In this document: piece after piece, positions 1 to 9,949 of the stretch
How positions within the stretch are numbered: position 1 is the stretch's first letter
Layout: each line of letters begins with the position of its first letter
DNA from: an uncultured bacterium
GTDB lineage: Bacteria; Acidobacteriota; Thermoanaerobaculia; Multivoradales; J023
Direction of reading: 5' to 3'
DNA length: 64,000 nt
NCBI GenBank assembly: GCA_937948815.1
Contig: CALFAM010000201.1
Location: 4,176 to 68,175, forward strand
Made by a program: the position numbers and the translations under genes
Notes under the pieces: model-generated
What the model was told of the DNA's origin: nothing
The model's input: only the letters and a program-made list of their open reading frames with translations
Databases searched by the model: none

Positions 1-3000
1 CCCCAGAGGGCCTCGCTCAGATCCTGCAGGGTGAGCTCGAGCGCGCGTGTCCGGTCCCGCAGGGACGGATCGGCGCCGGCCGTGTCGCGGAGGGCGACTT
101 TCAGCAAGGCGATGCGACCCTGTGCTTCCCCGAGCACGGCACCGGCGCCGAGTACCGCCCGCTGCAGACGTGCCGTCTTCTGGTGGAAGGCTTGCAGCGC
201 CCGGTGGTCGCTGGCCGGCAGGGTGGCCGTGCCCAGCGGCTGGGTCTCGAAGGTCTGGGGAGAGCCGATCGATGTGGTTTCGTCACCGGTTCGCTTGGCC
301 AAGGCCACCGTATAGGTTCCCGGGGTGGCCAACGGTCCGCGCTCGGCGGAGTCGAAGGCGTTGGCCGGCACATAGGGCGTCAGGCGCGCGGGCGTGGACG
401 GCGGGTAGCGCAGATCCCAGCTCACGCGGTGCAGGCCCTTGCTCGCCGGTCCTTCCATGCGACGCACCACGTGGCCAGCCGAATCCGTGATCGTCACGAT
501 GATCGTCGGATCTTCCTCGCGCGACTCAGCGCGCAGGGCGTCCCAGCTCGGATAGCTGTGGTTGCCGCCTTCTTCGTCGATCTCGGCGGCCGCTTCCTTG
601 CGCTGGTCTTCGAGGCTCTTCAGCCCATCGCGCAGGAAGTAGGTGAAGGTCGCACCGAAGGGAGGATTGGGCGCGGTGTAGTAGCTGTCACCCTGGAACG
701 ACTTGCCAGGCAAGCCGAGGCGCGCGTTCTCGATGTACATCCAGGCGTCCTTGACCGGGAAGAGCGTGGCTTCCTCGGCACCGAGCCCCTCTTCGCTCAT
801 GTGACGCAAGGGCGAGTAGTCGTCGAGCACGTAGAAGCCGCGGCCGAAGGTGCCGACCACCAGGTCGCTCTCCCGCTGCTGAATGGCCAGGTCACGTGCA
901 GCCACCGTCGGAATGCCGCTGCTCAGTGGCATCCACGCGCCGCCACCGTCGAGGGTGACGAAGACACCGAATTCGGTACCGGCGAACAGCAGGCCGGCCA
1001 TTTCGTGGTCTTCGGCCAGGGCGTAAACCGAGCCGCGCTCGGGCAGGTCGGAGGCGATGGACTTCCAGGTCTGTCCCCGGTCGGTCGACATCAGGACGTA
1101 GGGCTTGAAGTCGCCCTTCTTGTGGTTGTTGAAGGCCGCGTAGACCGTGTCAGCGTCGTGAAGGGAGGCTTCGAGACGGTTGACGTAGGTGTTCGCGGGC
1201 ACGCCGGTGAAACCGGTCGACTCCCGCCAGCTCTCGCCGCCGTTCTCGGAGACGTGCACGGCGCCGTCGTCCGAACCGACGTAGAGCAGCCCCTCGACCA
1301 GCGGCGACTCGGACAGGGCCACCAAGTTGCCGTAGTACGAAGTCGAGCGGTTCTTGGCTACCGCGTCGATCGACCACACCCGACCCATCACCTCGAGGGT
1401 GTTGCGATCGATCTGATGCGTCAGATCCTCGGACACCGGCCGCCAGCTCTCACCCCGGTCGTCGCTACGCCACAGGCGCTGCGAGCCGTAGTAGAGGCGA
1501 GTGGGGCTGTGGGGGCTGATGATCAACGGCGCGTCCCAATTCCAGCGTGGCGGATCGTCACCCGGTGCCGGCTGCGGACGGATGTCGAGGATCTCGCCGC
1601 TCGCGCGATCGAAGCGTGCGAGGCCACCGTTCTGGTACTGCGAGTAGATGATGTCGGGGTTGGTGGGGTCGACGCGCGGCTGGAAGCCGTCGCCGCCGAG
1701 GGTGACGTACCAGTCTTCGTTGGTGATGCCGTGGAGGCTCGCCGTGCGCGCCGGGCCACCGAGGGTGAAGTTGTCCTGGGTGCCGCCGTAGACGCTGTAG
1801 AAGGGCGTGTCGTTGTCGACCGCGATCTTGTAGAACTGGGTGATCGGCAGGTTGGCGACGTAGCGCCAGGTGGCGCCGCGGTCGAAGCTCTCGTAGATTC
1901 CACCGTCGTTGCCGTTGAGCAGGTGGTCGGAATCTTCGGGATTGATCCACATGGCGTGGTTGTCGACGTGCTTGTAGTTCTCGGGCACGGCCTGGAAGCT
2001 GGCGCCACCGTCGTCGGTCACCTGGAGCCAGGTGTCGGCCGAGTAGACGCGATCGACGTGATTGGGATCGGGCCAGAGCTCGTTGTAGTACTGCGGGCTG
2101 CCGCTCACGTAGTCGCTGCGCCGGGACCACGACTCACCGCGGTCGGTGGAGCGGTAGAAGCCGCCCTCGTCGCCGGTCGCTTCGACCACGGCGTAGAGGA
2201 CGTCGGGGTTGGCGGGTGCCAAGGCCAGGCCGATGCGTCCGATATCGCCCGAAGGCAGGCCGCTGTTGATCTCGCGCCAGGTGGCACCGGCGTCGGTGGA
2301 CTTGTGAAGGCCCGAGCCCGGGCCGCCATTGATCAGCGTCCACACGTGGCGACGACGCTGATAAGCGACCGCGTAGACTGTGTCGGGGTCGCGGGGGTCG
2401 AGAATGACCTCCGAAACGCCCGTGTACTCGTCGATCTCGAGGACGCGTTCCCAGGTCTCCCCGCCATCGGTGGTCTTGTAGAGGCCGCGGTCGCCACCGT
2501 CTGACCACAAGGGGCCCTGGGCCGCGACGTAGACGGTGTTGCTGTCGCGCGGATCGACCACGATCATGCCGATGTGCTCGGAGGCCTCGAGCCCCATCTT
2601 CTCGAAGCTCTTGCCGCCGTCCCGCGAGCGGTACACACCGTCGCCGTAGCCGACGCTGCGCTGGCTGTTGTTCTCGCCCGTACCGACCCACACGGTGTGG
2701 GGATTGTTGGGGTCGAGGGTCACGCAGCCGATCGAGTACGAGCCTTCACCGTCGAAAATCGGTTTCCAGGTAGTGCCGGCGTTGTGGGTTTTCCACACGC
2801 CGCCCGAGGCAACGGCCACGTAGTAGATCTTCGGGCTGGTCGGGTCGACCGCGAAATCGATGATGCGACCCGAGGTCAGTGCCGGGCCGATCCCGCGGAG
2901 GGAGAGGCCAGCCAGCGTCGACGCATCGAGATGGCGATCCTCTTCTTTTTCCTTCGCGTCGGATTCCGCAAACAGGACCACAGGCAGGACGAGTACACAC

Positions 3001-3035
3001 AGAGCAATGAGGAGAGCAGTACGGAAAGCTCGCAC
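1..3035 (-). CDS. BNR/Asp-box repeat, sortilin/Vps10-like glycosyl-hydrolase-like secreted protein (3' end beyond window start)
   Basis: Reverse-strand frame open from the GTG at 3035 to the window edge, and absent from the ORF track because there is no in-window stop. The N-terminus looks like a signal peptide (RAFRTALLIALCVLVLPVVLFAES). There are repeated S/T-x-D-G-G-x-T/S-W Asp-box motifs (RSRDGGKSFEKM, TTDGGETWERV, STDAGATWREI, STDRGESWSRR, STDRGQTWKSI). The 773-aa plus-strand ORF 183..2504 is its antisense artefact. Confidence 0.6.
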   Translation of the reverse strand, partial: MRAFRTALLIALCVLVLPVVLFAESDAKEKEEDRHLDASTLAGLSLRGIGPALTSGRIIDFAVDPTSPKIYYVAVASGGVWKTHNAGTTWKPIFDGEGSYSIGCVTLDPNNPHTVWVGTGENNSQRSVGYGDGVYRSRDGGKSFEKMGLEASEHIGMIVVDPRDSNTVYVAAQGPLWSDGGDRGLYKTTDGGETWERVLEIDEYTGVSEVILDPRDPDTVYAVAYQRRRHVWTLINGGPGSGLHKSTDAGATWREINSGLPSGDIGRIGLALAPANPDVLYAVVEATGDEGGFYRSTDRGESWSRRSDYVSGSPQYYNELWPDPNHVDRVYSADTWLQVTDDGGASFQAVPENYKHVDNHAMWINPEDSDHLLNGNDGGIYESFDRGATWRYVANLPITQFYKIAVDNDTPFYSVYGGTQDNFTLGGPARTASLHGITNEDWYVTLGGDGFQPRVDPTNPDIIYSQYQNGGLARFDRASGEILDIRPQPAPGDDPPRWNWDAPLIISPHSPTRLYYGSQRLWRSDDRGESWRPVSEDLTHQIDRNTLEVMGRVWSIDAVAKNRSTSYYGNLVALSESPLVEGLLYVGSDDGAVHVSENGGESWRESTGFTGVPANTYVNRLEASLHDADTVYAAFNNHKKGDFKPYVLMSTDRGQTWKSIASDLPERGSVYALAEDHEMAGLLFAGTEFGVFVTLDGGGAWMPLSSGIPTVAARDLAIQQRESDLVVGTFGRGFYVLDDYSPLRHMSEEGLGAEEATLFPVKDAWMYIENARLGLPGKSFQGDSYYTAPNPPFGATFTYFLRDGLKSLEDQRKEAAAEIDEEGGNHSYPSWDALRAESREEDPTIIVTITDSAGHVVRRMEGPASKGLHRVSWDLRYPPSTPARLTPYVPANAFDSAERGPLATPGTYTVALAKRTGDETTSIGSPQTFETQPLGTATLPASDHRALQAFHQKTARLQRAVLGAGAVLGEAQGRIALLKVALRDTAGADPSLRDRTRALELTLQDLSEALW

Positions 3036-3388
3036 GGGAAACCTCCAAGAGGGTGAAGCAAGACGGCAGGTCGAGGCCTTGATCGTATAGCGGTCGGCCA
3101 CGATGCGGAAATGTCGGTACCCGATGGTCGTCCGTTGTTCATGCATCGTTACCAATCCCTGACAAGACGAATTCGCGACAAGCGCGCTGAGACGAGCCTT
3201 TTGCCTCGTCGGCTACCGCCAGCGAGCCTGGGAAGCCGGGGCGCTCCTGTCGGCCCCGAGCCGAGGCTTGCGGCACCCAATGTAAGGCAGTCTAGAGCTA
3301 TGGCGATAGGCTAGTGGGTGGTGGTTGAATCGTGGGTCTGCATGACGGATTCGAAAACGATCGCGGTCGCGGCAGAGGGGGTCGGCTC

Positions 3389-3955
3389 GTGACGCAGCAA
3401 GGTGAAGTCACCGCGCGCTTGAATGAATGGTCAGCTGGCGACGGCGCGGCCGAAGAAGCGCTCTTTCGAGAGGTCTATCCACAGCTACGCAAGCTGGCGC
3501 ATGGTCGCCTGTGCCATGAGCAGGTGCAGGTCCGGATCGACACCACGGAGCTGGTTCACGAGGCTTACCTCAAGCTGAGCCAGCAACGACGGGTGACGTG
3601 GCAGTGTCGGGATCAGTTCTTCGCGGTTTGCGCGACCGTGATTCGACGCATCTTGATCGACGATGCCAAGCGGCGTCTGCGCCGAAAGCGGGGCGCCGGC
3701 GCGATTCACGTGTCGACGACCGACCTCGATCTGGCCGACATGCCACGCGATCTCGACGTCCTGGCGCTCGATCAGGCCCTGGTCGATTTGGCGGCGATCC
3801 GTGTGCAGGCGGCACGCATCGTCGAGCTGCGGTTCTTCGCCGGCCTGTCGGTCGACAGCACCGCCGCGGCCCTCGGTCTCGGGCGCTCGACGGTGATTCG
3901 CTCGTGGCGCTTCGCGCGCTCGTGGCTGGCGCAGCGCCTGGGAGAGAAGCCGTGA
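3389..3955 (+). CDS. ECF-type RNA polymerase sigma factor of the Ser/Thr-kinase-associated subfamily (Sig70_X6-like)
   Basis: N-terminal signature ..LNEWSAGDGAAEEALFREVYPQLRKLAHGRL.. and a region-4 HTH (RIVELRFFAGLSVDSTAAALGLGRSTVIRSWRFAR). The likely GTG start at 3389 lies inside ORF 3332..3955. The stop overlaps the downstream kinase start (GTGA). Confidence 0.7.
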   Translation: MTQQGEVTARLNEWSAGDGAAEEALFREVYPQLRKLAHGRLCHEQVQVRIDTTELVHEAYLKLSQQRRVTWQCRDQFFAVCATVIRRILIDDAKRRLRRKRGAGAIHVSTTDLDLADMPRDLDVLALDQALVDLAAIRVQAARIVELRFFAGLSVDSTAAALGLGRSTVIRSWRFARSWLAQRLGEKP

Positions 3956-6834
3956 AGCGGTCCGAGGTCGAGCTCTGGCGCCACGCCGAATCGTTGTTCC
4001 AGGCGTCGATTCAGCAGCCCGTACCGGACCGGCATGCATTCGTGCGCCAGGCCTGCGGTCCCGATACCGCGCTACGGGCGGCGGTCGAGAAGCTGCTGGC
4101 CGGAGACGTCGAGCCGAGCCTGGTGGATCAACCCGTGGTGGAGCCTGTTTCGTTGGACCCCCCTTCAGCAGAACCCGACTGGGCAGAAGCCAGCCCGGCA
4201 GGTCCGATCCCGAACGACCCGTGTCCAGTGCCTTCAGCCGGCGTGACGCGGGAGGCGAGCGCCTCGATGCTCGGCCGGTCGATCGGGCCCTATGAGCTGA
4301 TCGAGGTTCTCGGCGAGGGCGGCATGAGTCGGGTCTACCTGGCGGAGGACCGCCGCGATGGCGTGTGCCAACAAGTGGCCCTCAAGGTCCTGGCGCACGC
4401 CGAGGCCCCGGCCACCCTCGGTCGACGTATTCATGCCGAGCGCGCGGCCCTGGCGCGGCTCGAGCATCCGAACATCGCCCGGTTGATCGGTGGCGGCACC
4501 TCTGAGGAGGGCGTTCCGTATCTGGTCATGGAGCACGTTCGAGGCGTCTCGCTGACGGACTACTGCGCGACCCGCCGCCTGCCGCTCGATGCGCGCCTGC
4601 GGATTTTCGCCACGATCTGTCACTCCGTGCAGTTCGCCCATCGCCACCTGGTCATTCATCGTGATCTCAAGCCGGCGAACGTCTTGGTCACGGACGATGG
4701 TGTGCCCAAGTTGCTCGACTTCGGCATTGCCAAGCTGCTCGATGCCCAGCCAGGCCATGCACCGACACAGACGGCAGATCGATTCCTCACCCCCGGCTAC
4801 GCGAGCCCGGAGCAACGGCGCGGCGCGCCGGTGTCGACGGCGTCTGACGTCTACGGCTTGGGCGCCCTGCTGCACGTGCTGCTGACCGGGGTGGTCCCGT
4901 CTGTCGGTCACGCAGATGCAGCTGACCATGCGGCCTGGGGAGACGCCTTGCCGATCGCGCCGAGCGATGCCGCGAGGCGCCGTGAGCCACCGTCGCTCCG
5001 TGGGCAGGCGGAGCAACTCGGGCTGAGCCCACGAGGCTTGTTGCGGCGCCTTCACGGCGATCTCGACGCCATCGTGCTGCGCTGTCTCGAGCCACGCCCC
5101 GGCGACCGGTACCGCTCGGCCGAGCGGCTAGCGGAAGACATCGAGCGTCATCTCGCGGGGCGCCCGGTGCAGGCGAAGACGCCGAGCACCACAGACCGGG
5201 TGGTGAAGTGGACTCGGCGCAATCCACTGCTCGCCGCGGCGCTGGTAGGCCTGATTCTGTCGATGGTGGCGTTTCTCGGCATGCGCGAGCGCCACGCACT
5301 GCAGCTCGCGCAGGAGCGCGACGCGGTCGAAGCGGCCTACGAAGATGCGAAGGCCGTCACGACCTTCCTGACCGACGCCGTGCGCATGGCGAACCCCTAC
5401 GATCTCGCCGATCCGGACCGGACGCCCGGGGCACCAGTCACCGTGCGCGAGATGGTCGACCAGACCCGGTCGCGCATCGATTCCGTCTTCGTCGATCGAC
5501 CCCGGGTGCGCGCCAGCCTGCTGGATGCGCTGGGCTCGATCTACACGGACCTTGGGGACCATGACGAGGCGATCCGCCTGCTGCGAGCAGCCGTGGCCAT
5601 TCGTCGTGGTGACGATCCTGCCGGGGAGGGGCTGGCCGAGAGTCTCTTTCTCCTCGCCTATGCCCTCTTTGATCAGGGGAGCCATCGCGACGAAGCCGAG
5701 AAGCTCTTGCAGGATGCCTGGGATCGGCGCCCGGGCGATCCTCTGCTCGGGTCAAAGATCGCCGTCGCGCTCGGTCGTTTGAGCAGCGAGGACGGCCGCC
5801 CGGAGGCCGAAGGATGGCTCCAGAATGGCGTGAAGCTCGCGTGGTCGGTCGATGGTGAGGGCGCTTCGAAGCGCGCGGCATTGGCGGCGATGGAGCTCGG
5901 CTGGCACCAGCTTCTACAGCAGGATACCGAGGCCAGCGGCAAGACGTTTGCCGAAGTCCTGGCGATTTTGGAGCCCCTCCAAGGCCAGCATCATCCGGAC
6001 GTGGCGTCAGCCCTCAACGGTCTTGCGTGGTCGGTCATGGACGATCCCGCGCGCGGCGAATCCCTGCTTCGCCGGGCGCTCGAGATTCGCCGCTCGGTCC
6101 AGGGTGAACGCCACCCTCAAACGGTAGCGGCACTCAACAATCTGGGCAACTTCTTGGCCAATGTCGGCGATCTGACTGGCGCCCGGGCGATCCTTCGTGA
6201 GGAAGTCCAGCTCGGGCGCGAGGTCCATGGGACCGGCAGCCCGCGAGTCGCCGCGAGCTTGAGCTCAATCTCGGCGATCAGCCTGATTCTTGGCGAGCCG
6301 GAACGAGCCGTGGATCCTGGGCGTGAGGCTGTGGCGATCGCGCGTGCCACGTTGGGCGCGACCCATCGCGAGACGGCGTTTTACCTGCGAAATCTGGGCG
6401 CGGTCTGGCACGCTCTCGGAGACTCCGCGCGCGCCGAGCAAACGTTCCGCGAAGCCTTGGCCATTCGCGAAGCACAGGTGGCGTCGGCGCCGAGCCGTGA
6501 AGGGTCCGAGGGCCTCGGACGGGTGCTCTTCCTGCTTGCAGATGTGCTTCTCGACGAGGGGCGCGCCGCCGAAGCACTGCCGCTGGCCGCGCGCGCGTCG
6601 GAGGTCTTGGAAGACGCGGAAGGTGGCCCACACTGGCGCCGGCACCAGGCGCGGAGCATCCTGGGCGCGACGTATGTGGCCAAAGGCGATGTCGAGCAAG
6701 GTGTTGCGTTGCTCGAATCCGCCTATGCGGCGCTGCGAGATGGTCAGGGGACCTCGCGCGCCATGGCAGCGGACCGGGCTGCCGCGTTGCTGCAACGGTG
6801 GTCCGGCACACGGTTGGCGACAGCCGGTTCCTGA
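3952..6834 (+). CDS. Serine/threonine protein kinase with a transmembrane helix and C-terminal TPR repeats
   Basis: The N-terminus VKRSEVELWRHAESLFQASIQQP.. is typical of sigma-coupled kinases. The kinase core has G-loop LGEGGMSRVY, VALKVL, HRDLKPANVL and DFGIAKL. A TM segment LLAAALVGLILSMVAFLGM is followed by a TPR-like region (ALNGLAW, ALNNLGNFL, etc.). The 4-nt overlap with the sigma gene indicates translational coupling. Confidence 0.75.
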   Translation: MKRSEVELWRHAESLFQASIQQPVPDRHAFVRQACGPDTALRAAVEKLLAGDVEPSLVDQPVVEPVSLDPPSAEPDWAEASPAGPIPNDPCPVPSAGVTREASASMLGRSIGPYELIEVLGEGGMSRVYLAEDRRDGVCQQVALKVLAHAEAPATLGRRIHAERAALARLEHPNIARLIGGGTSEEGVPYLVMEHVRGVSLTDYCATRRLPLDARLRIFATICHSVQFAHRHLVIHRDLKPANVLVTDDGVPKLLDFGIAKLLDAQPGHAPTQTADRFLTPGYASPEQRRGAPVSTASDVYGLGALLHVLLTGVVPSVGHADAADHAAWGDALPIAPSDAARRREPPSLRGQAEQLGLSPRGLLRRLHGDLDAIVLRCLEPRPGDRYRSAERLAEDIERHLAGRPVQAKTPSTTDRVVKWTRRNPLLAAALVGLILSMVAFLGMRERHALQLAQERDAVEAAYEDAKAVTTFLTDAVRMANPYDLADPDRTPGAPVTVREMVDQTRSRIDSVFVDRPRVRASLLDALGSIYTDLGDHDEAIRLLRAAVAIRRGDDPAGEGLAESLFLLAYALFDQGSHRDEAEKLLQDAWDRRPGDPLLGSKIAVALGRLSSEDGRPEAEGWLQNGVKLAWSVDGEGASKRAALAAMELGWHQLLQQDTEASGKTFAEVLAILEPLQGQHHPDVASALNGLAWSVMDDPARGESLLRRALEIRRSVQGERHPQTVAALNNLGNFLANVGDLTGARAILREEVQLGREVHGTGSPRVAASLSSISAISLILGEPERAVDPGREAVAIARATLGATHRETAFYLRNLGAVWHALGDSARAEQTFREALAIREAQVASAPSREGSEGLGRVLFLLADVLLDEGRAAEALPLAARASEVLEDAEGGPHWRRHQARSILGATYVAKGDVEQGVALLESAYAALRDGQGTSRAMAADRAAALLQRWSGTRLATAGS

Positions 6835-6980
6835 GGAACGAGCTGGCGACGGTTGCGACCACAAAAAGCGCCTGCTTCGGGCCAGACGGGAATGTCGAGG
6901 TCGGTCGCGCGGTTGTGATGCCTCGGATCGTGGGACCGAGATCCGCCAATGGGTCCAGCCGCACGGCCGGGAGGATTTGC

Positions 6981-7682
6981 ATGAAGATCGAAGGAGCCAA
7001 GGCATTGGTCACGGGTGGGGGCGTCGGGATCGGCAAGGCGATCGCGGCGAGTCTCGCGCAGAAGGGTGCGAACGTGGTGATCACGGGCCGCCGCGAAGAC
7101 AAGCTGCGCGAAGCCGCTGACGAGCTCGGCGTGGGCTTCGCGGCTGGCGATGTCGGTGTGGAAGCCGACGTCGTACGGACGGTCGAAGACTTCGTTGCCG
7201 AGCACGGGCGGATCGACATCCTGGTGAACAACGCCGGCTTCGGCCGCTTTGCGCCGCTGGTCGAGATGTCCTTGGAGACGCTGGAGTCGGTGTATCGCAC
7301 CAACGTCTTCGGGGCGTTCCTGATGGCGCGTGAAGCCGCCAAGCACTTCATCAGCCAAGGTTCCGGCAACCTGATCAACATCTCGTCGACCTCGGGCCTG
7401 AAAGGCGGCGCCGGGTCCACGGCCTACAGCTCGTCCAAATTCGCCCTACGCGGCATGACGGACTGCTGGCGTGACGAGCTGCGGCGTCACAACGTGCGGG
7501 TGATGCTGGTGAACCCGAGCGAGGTCTTGACCTCGTTCGCGGCTACCGCAGGCTTCGAGCAGCAGCAGTCTGAGAAGAAGCTGCGCGCCTCGGAGATCGC
7601 CGACGCCGTGGTCGGCGCGCTCGAGATCGATGACCGGGGCTTTATCCCCGAATTCTCGGTCTTTGCCACCAACCCGTTCTGA
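6981..7682 (+). CDS. Short-chain dehydrogenase/reductase (SDR) family oxidoreductase
   Basis: TGGGVGIGKAIA Rossmann motif, NNAG, and the YSSSK (YxxxK) active site. A GGGAGGA RBS precedes the ATG at 6981. Confidence 0.8.
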   Translation: MKIEGAKALVTGGGVGIGKAIAASLAQKGANVVITGRREDKLREAADELGVGFAAGDVGVEADVVRTVEDFVAEHGRIDILVNNAGFGRFAPLVEMSLETLESVYRTNVFGAFLMAREAAKHFISQGSGNLINISSTSGLKGGAGSTAYSSSKFALRGMTDCWRDELRRHNVRVMLVNPSEVLTSFAATAGFEQQQSEKKLRASEIADAVVGALEIDDRGFIPEFSVFATNPF

Positions 7683-7693
7683 CGATGTTGCAA

Positions 7694-7716
7694 GGGGGGC
7701 TGTCCCAGCCCCCCTT
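7694..7716 (+). terminator. Rho-independent terminator-like hairpin after the SDR gene
   Basis: Perfect 9-bp GC stem GGGGGGCTG-TCC-CAGCCCCCC starting 12 nt after the stop, followed by TT. Confidence 0.5.
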
Positions 7717-7872
7717 CGCGCGTACAGCCTGTCCTCGCAATCTCGGCACACGCGCGCATTCCCCCAATGTCGCCTGCGCAGGCTCGGCCTCGGCTTCACG
7801 CTTCCCTGGCTTGAGGCCCTGAAAGGGCCCATGCGTAGAGCCCGGGGCTGGCGACGCGAAGCGGCGTGAGCC

Positions 7873-8010
7873 CCGGGATTCGCCCCCGTGGTACGGATTC
7901 ACCCTGCGGTCCGCCCCCGGCGTGCGCTCCGGGATTCGCCCCCGTGGTACGGATTCACCCTGCGATCCGCCCCTCGGCACCTGCGCCGGAATTCGCCTCC
8001 CGGGCACGCC
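7873..8010. repeat. Intergenic tandem direct repeat, ~56-57 bp unit, ~2.5 copies
   Basis: CCGGGATTCGCCCCCGTGGTACGGATTCACCCTGCG(G/A)TCCGCCCC occurs at 7873 and 7929 and differs at one position; a degenerate third copy (CCGGAATTCGCCTCCCGGGCACGCC) starts at 7986. It lies upstream of the secreted-protein gene at 8180. The overlapping ORFs 7866..8093 and 7888..8403 merely translate the repeat. Confidence 0.7.
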
Positions 8011-8179
8011 ATCGTCCCGGCCTCGGCATACGCGCTTCCCGCATCCTCATACCCGGTCGTTCTTGCACGTCTCGAAGAATCTTCGTTCACTGAGGTAACG
8101 CTCGGCAGGGTCATTGACTCTCACGGGGCAAATTCACGCGCGCGGGTGCTGCGCGGCCAACTCCCGAGGAGCTCTTTGG

Positions 8180-9919
8180 ATGACTACCGAGCGAACGATC
8201 TGGTGTTTTCGATCCTGGCGTCTGGTGATTGCGGTTGCTGGCCTGGCCGCGATGGTGCTGTCGACGGCGCCCCCGGCGCGGGCCTGTGGTGGCACGGTCT
8301 GGAATCCGTTCTGCGCCAAGACGCTGGTGCTTTCGATGGGGAGCAGCGAGCTGCTGTTGACCGGTGGTGGCGCGGTGGATCTACCGACGCTGCTCTACTT
8401 TGACGTCTCAGACTTCCCGGCGGGCGCCGGCCTGTGCCCCCCCGGCCCATTCGATGCCGACATCGACGTGACCTCGGTGTGCGACGTCGGAGGTACCGGG
8501 ACGGGTGGCCTGCTGGCAGCGCCGATCGCCCCCGGCTTTACGGCACTCGACACGCCGTTCACCCTGCCTGCCGGACCCCCACGCCTCTGCACCTTGACCG
8601 CCACCGCGACGGCGCTGCTTGCCGACGGCATGGAGCTCACCACCACCTCCGACACGGTGCTCTGCGTCGCGGATCCGGCACCCGGGAATCCGTCACTGCC
8701 GCGCATCGACCTCGAGCTGGTGGGTGACCCGGATCTCGCCATCCAGCGCGTTCACCCTGGAGACCAGGCTTCGTACACCTACCGTGTCACGAACAACGAT
8801 CCGGCCGAGAGCTTCGACGGCCTGCTCGAGATTGTGCTTGCCAACACCTCTCGTCTGCCAGCCGTCAGCGGTCCCATGCCGCCGGGCACCGGTGTCTACT
8901 CGGTCTCCGATCCAGTGCTCGGCGACCACTTTCCGATCGCCTTCGCGGACGAGTTGGGCGGCAGCTGCGTACCGTTGCCGCCCAACCCGCTCGACCCGAC
9001 GATCCCCCGTCTCGAGCGCCAGATCGTCTTGCCACCGGGTGCTTCGGAGGAGTTCGAGCTCCTGGTTCGGCCCTGGGGCATGTGCGCCAACGGAAGCTGT
9101 GGCCGGGCCCGGCTGGTCCTCGATGGGATGTTCTCGGACGCGTCGCGTGGCGTCGCCTGCGCGGGTCTGGTGACGGCGGCGGACACCACGTCTCCGTCGC
9201 AATATGCCTGGGAGGACGGCGGCCAGGCGGTGTTGTTCCCACCGCCACCCGCGCCGAATCAAGGCTTCCTGATCATGGACGCCGAGCCGATCGACGGCCT
9301 CGGGGCGCTGATCGACTTGCAGGTTCTGCCGCCGCAAATCCTGATCGAAGGTCAGCCTCTGCCGGGGCAACTCCAACCGCTGTTCGCGCCCCTCGATCAG
9401 CATTCCGGACGCGCGCAGTTCCAGATGTTGCCGGATTCGCCGTTCCCGGCTGACGCCTTCTTTGACCTGGCGTACCAGGTTCAGATCCAGCCCAATCCCG
9501 GCGGGCCACCGATCGAGACCGAGCTGCTGACCATGCAGCTCGAGCAGGCAGGCCCCACCGGGTTCCAGGATGTCTTCCCCTTTGGTCTCGGCCAGCTCGG
9601 GATCCGAGCGCCGGGCACGCCCCCTGGCCAGTTCGATGGCTTCATCGAGCTGATGCCCCAGATGAGCGGGGTTGGCATCGACAATCTCGGCGATCGGCAT
9701 CCGATGACCTTCCAGCAGATCGAGCTGGTGCCGCTGCCCGGTGGTGCGGGCTTCGAGGTTCGCCTGTCAGGGCTCTTTGGCCCGGGTGCCGGCAACCAGA
9801 TCGAGGTGATCGAAATTCGGCAGGATTTCCGTGGATTCGCCTTCGAGGCCGGGCGCGTCGTTTTTGCCGACGGCTTCGAGCGAGGTGACACGACCGCCTG
9901 GTCCGCACTGGTGCCGTGA
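8180..9919 (+). CDS. Secreted hypothetical protein, Cys-rich N-terminus, ending in the conserved C-terminal tail ..VVFADGFERGDTTAWSALVP
   Basis: Internal ATG at 8180 gives a signal peptide (MTTERTIWCFRSWRLVIAVAGLAAMVLSTAPPARA). No recognisable enzymatic motifs. The C-terminal 20 aa are shared with two FG-GAP proteins in this window. Confidence 0.55.
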   Translation: MTTERTIWCFRSWRLVIAVAGLAAMVLSTAPPARACGGTVWNPFCAKTLVLSMGSSELLLTGGGAVDLPTLLYFDVSDFPAGAGLCPPGPFDADIDVTSVCDVGGTGTGGLLAAPIAPGFTALDTPFTLPAGPPRLCTLTATATALLADGMELTTTSDTVLCVADPAPGNPSLPRIDLELVGDPDLAIQRVHPGDQASYTYRVTNNDPAESFDGLLEIVLANTSRLPAVSGPMPPGTGVYSVSDPVLGDHFPIAFADELGGSCVPLPPNPLDPTIPRLERQIVLPPGASEEFELLVRPWGMCANGSCGRARLVLDGMFSDASRGVACAGLVTAADTTSPSQYAWEDGGQAVLFPPPPAPNQGFLIMDAEPIDGLGALIDLQVLPPQILIEGQPLPGQLQPLFAPLDQHSGRAQFQMLPDSPFPADAFFDLAYQVQIQPNPGGPPIETELLTMQLEQAGPTGFQDVFPFGLGQLGIRAPGTPPGQFDGFIELMPQMSGVGIDNLGDRHPMTFQQIELVPLPGGAGFEVRLSGLFGPGAGNQIEVIEIRQDFRGFAFEAGRVVFADGFERGDTTAWSALVP

Positions 9920-9949
9920 GAGGTGGGCTCCTTTGCTACGATCCCGTGA

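Noticed and set aside
183-2504. 773-aa plus-strand ORF, the longest ORF in the first 3 kb of the track
   Set aside because: Its translation is G/R/A/V-rich with no motifs. The opposite strand encodes a clean BNR/Asp-box protein with a signal peptide, in a frame that is open to the window edge and therefore missing from the track. The plus ORF is antisense shadow.
7873-8010. Possible CRISPR array
   Set aside because: There are only 2.5 directly abutting repeat copies with no unique spacers, and no cas genes nearby.
7866-8403. ORFs 7866..8093 and 7888..8403 with repeated peptide GFAPVVRIHPA(V/I)RP
   Set aside because: The peptide periodicity simply mirrors a 56-bp DNA tandem repeat in an intergenic region. 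There is no RBS and no protein-like composition, so I treated it as a DNA repeat rather than a coding repeat protein.
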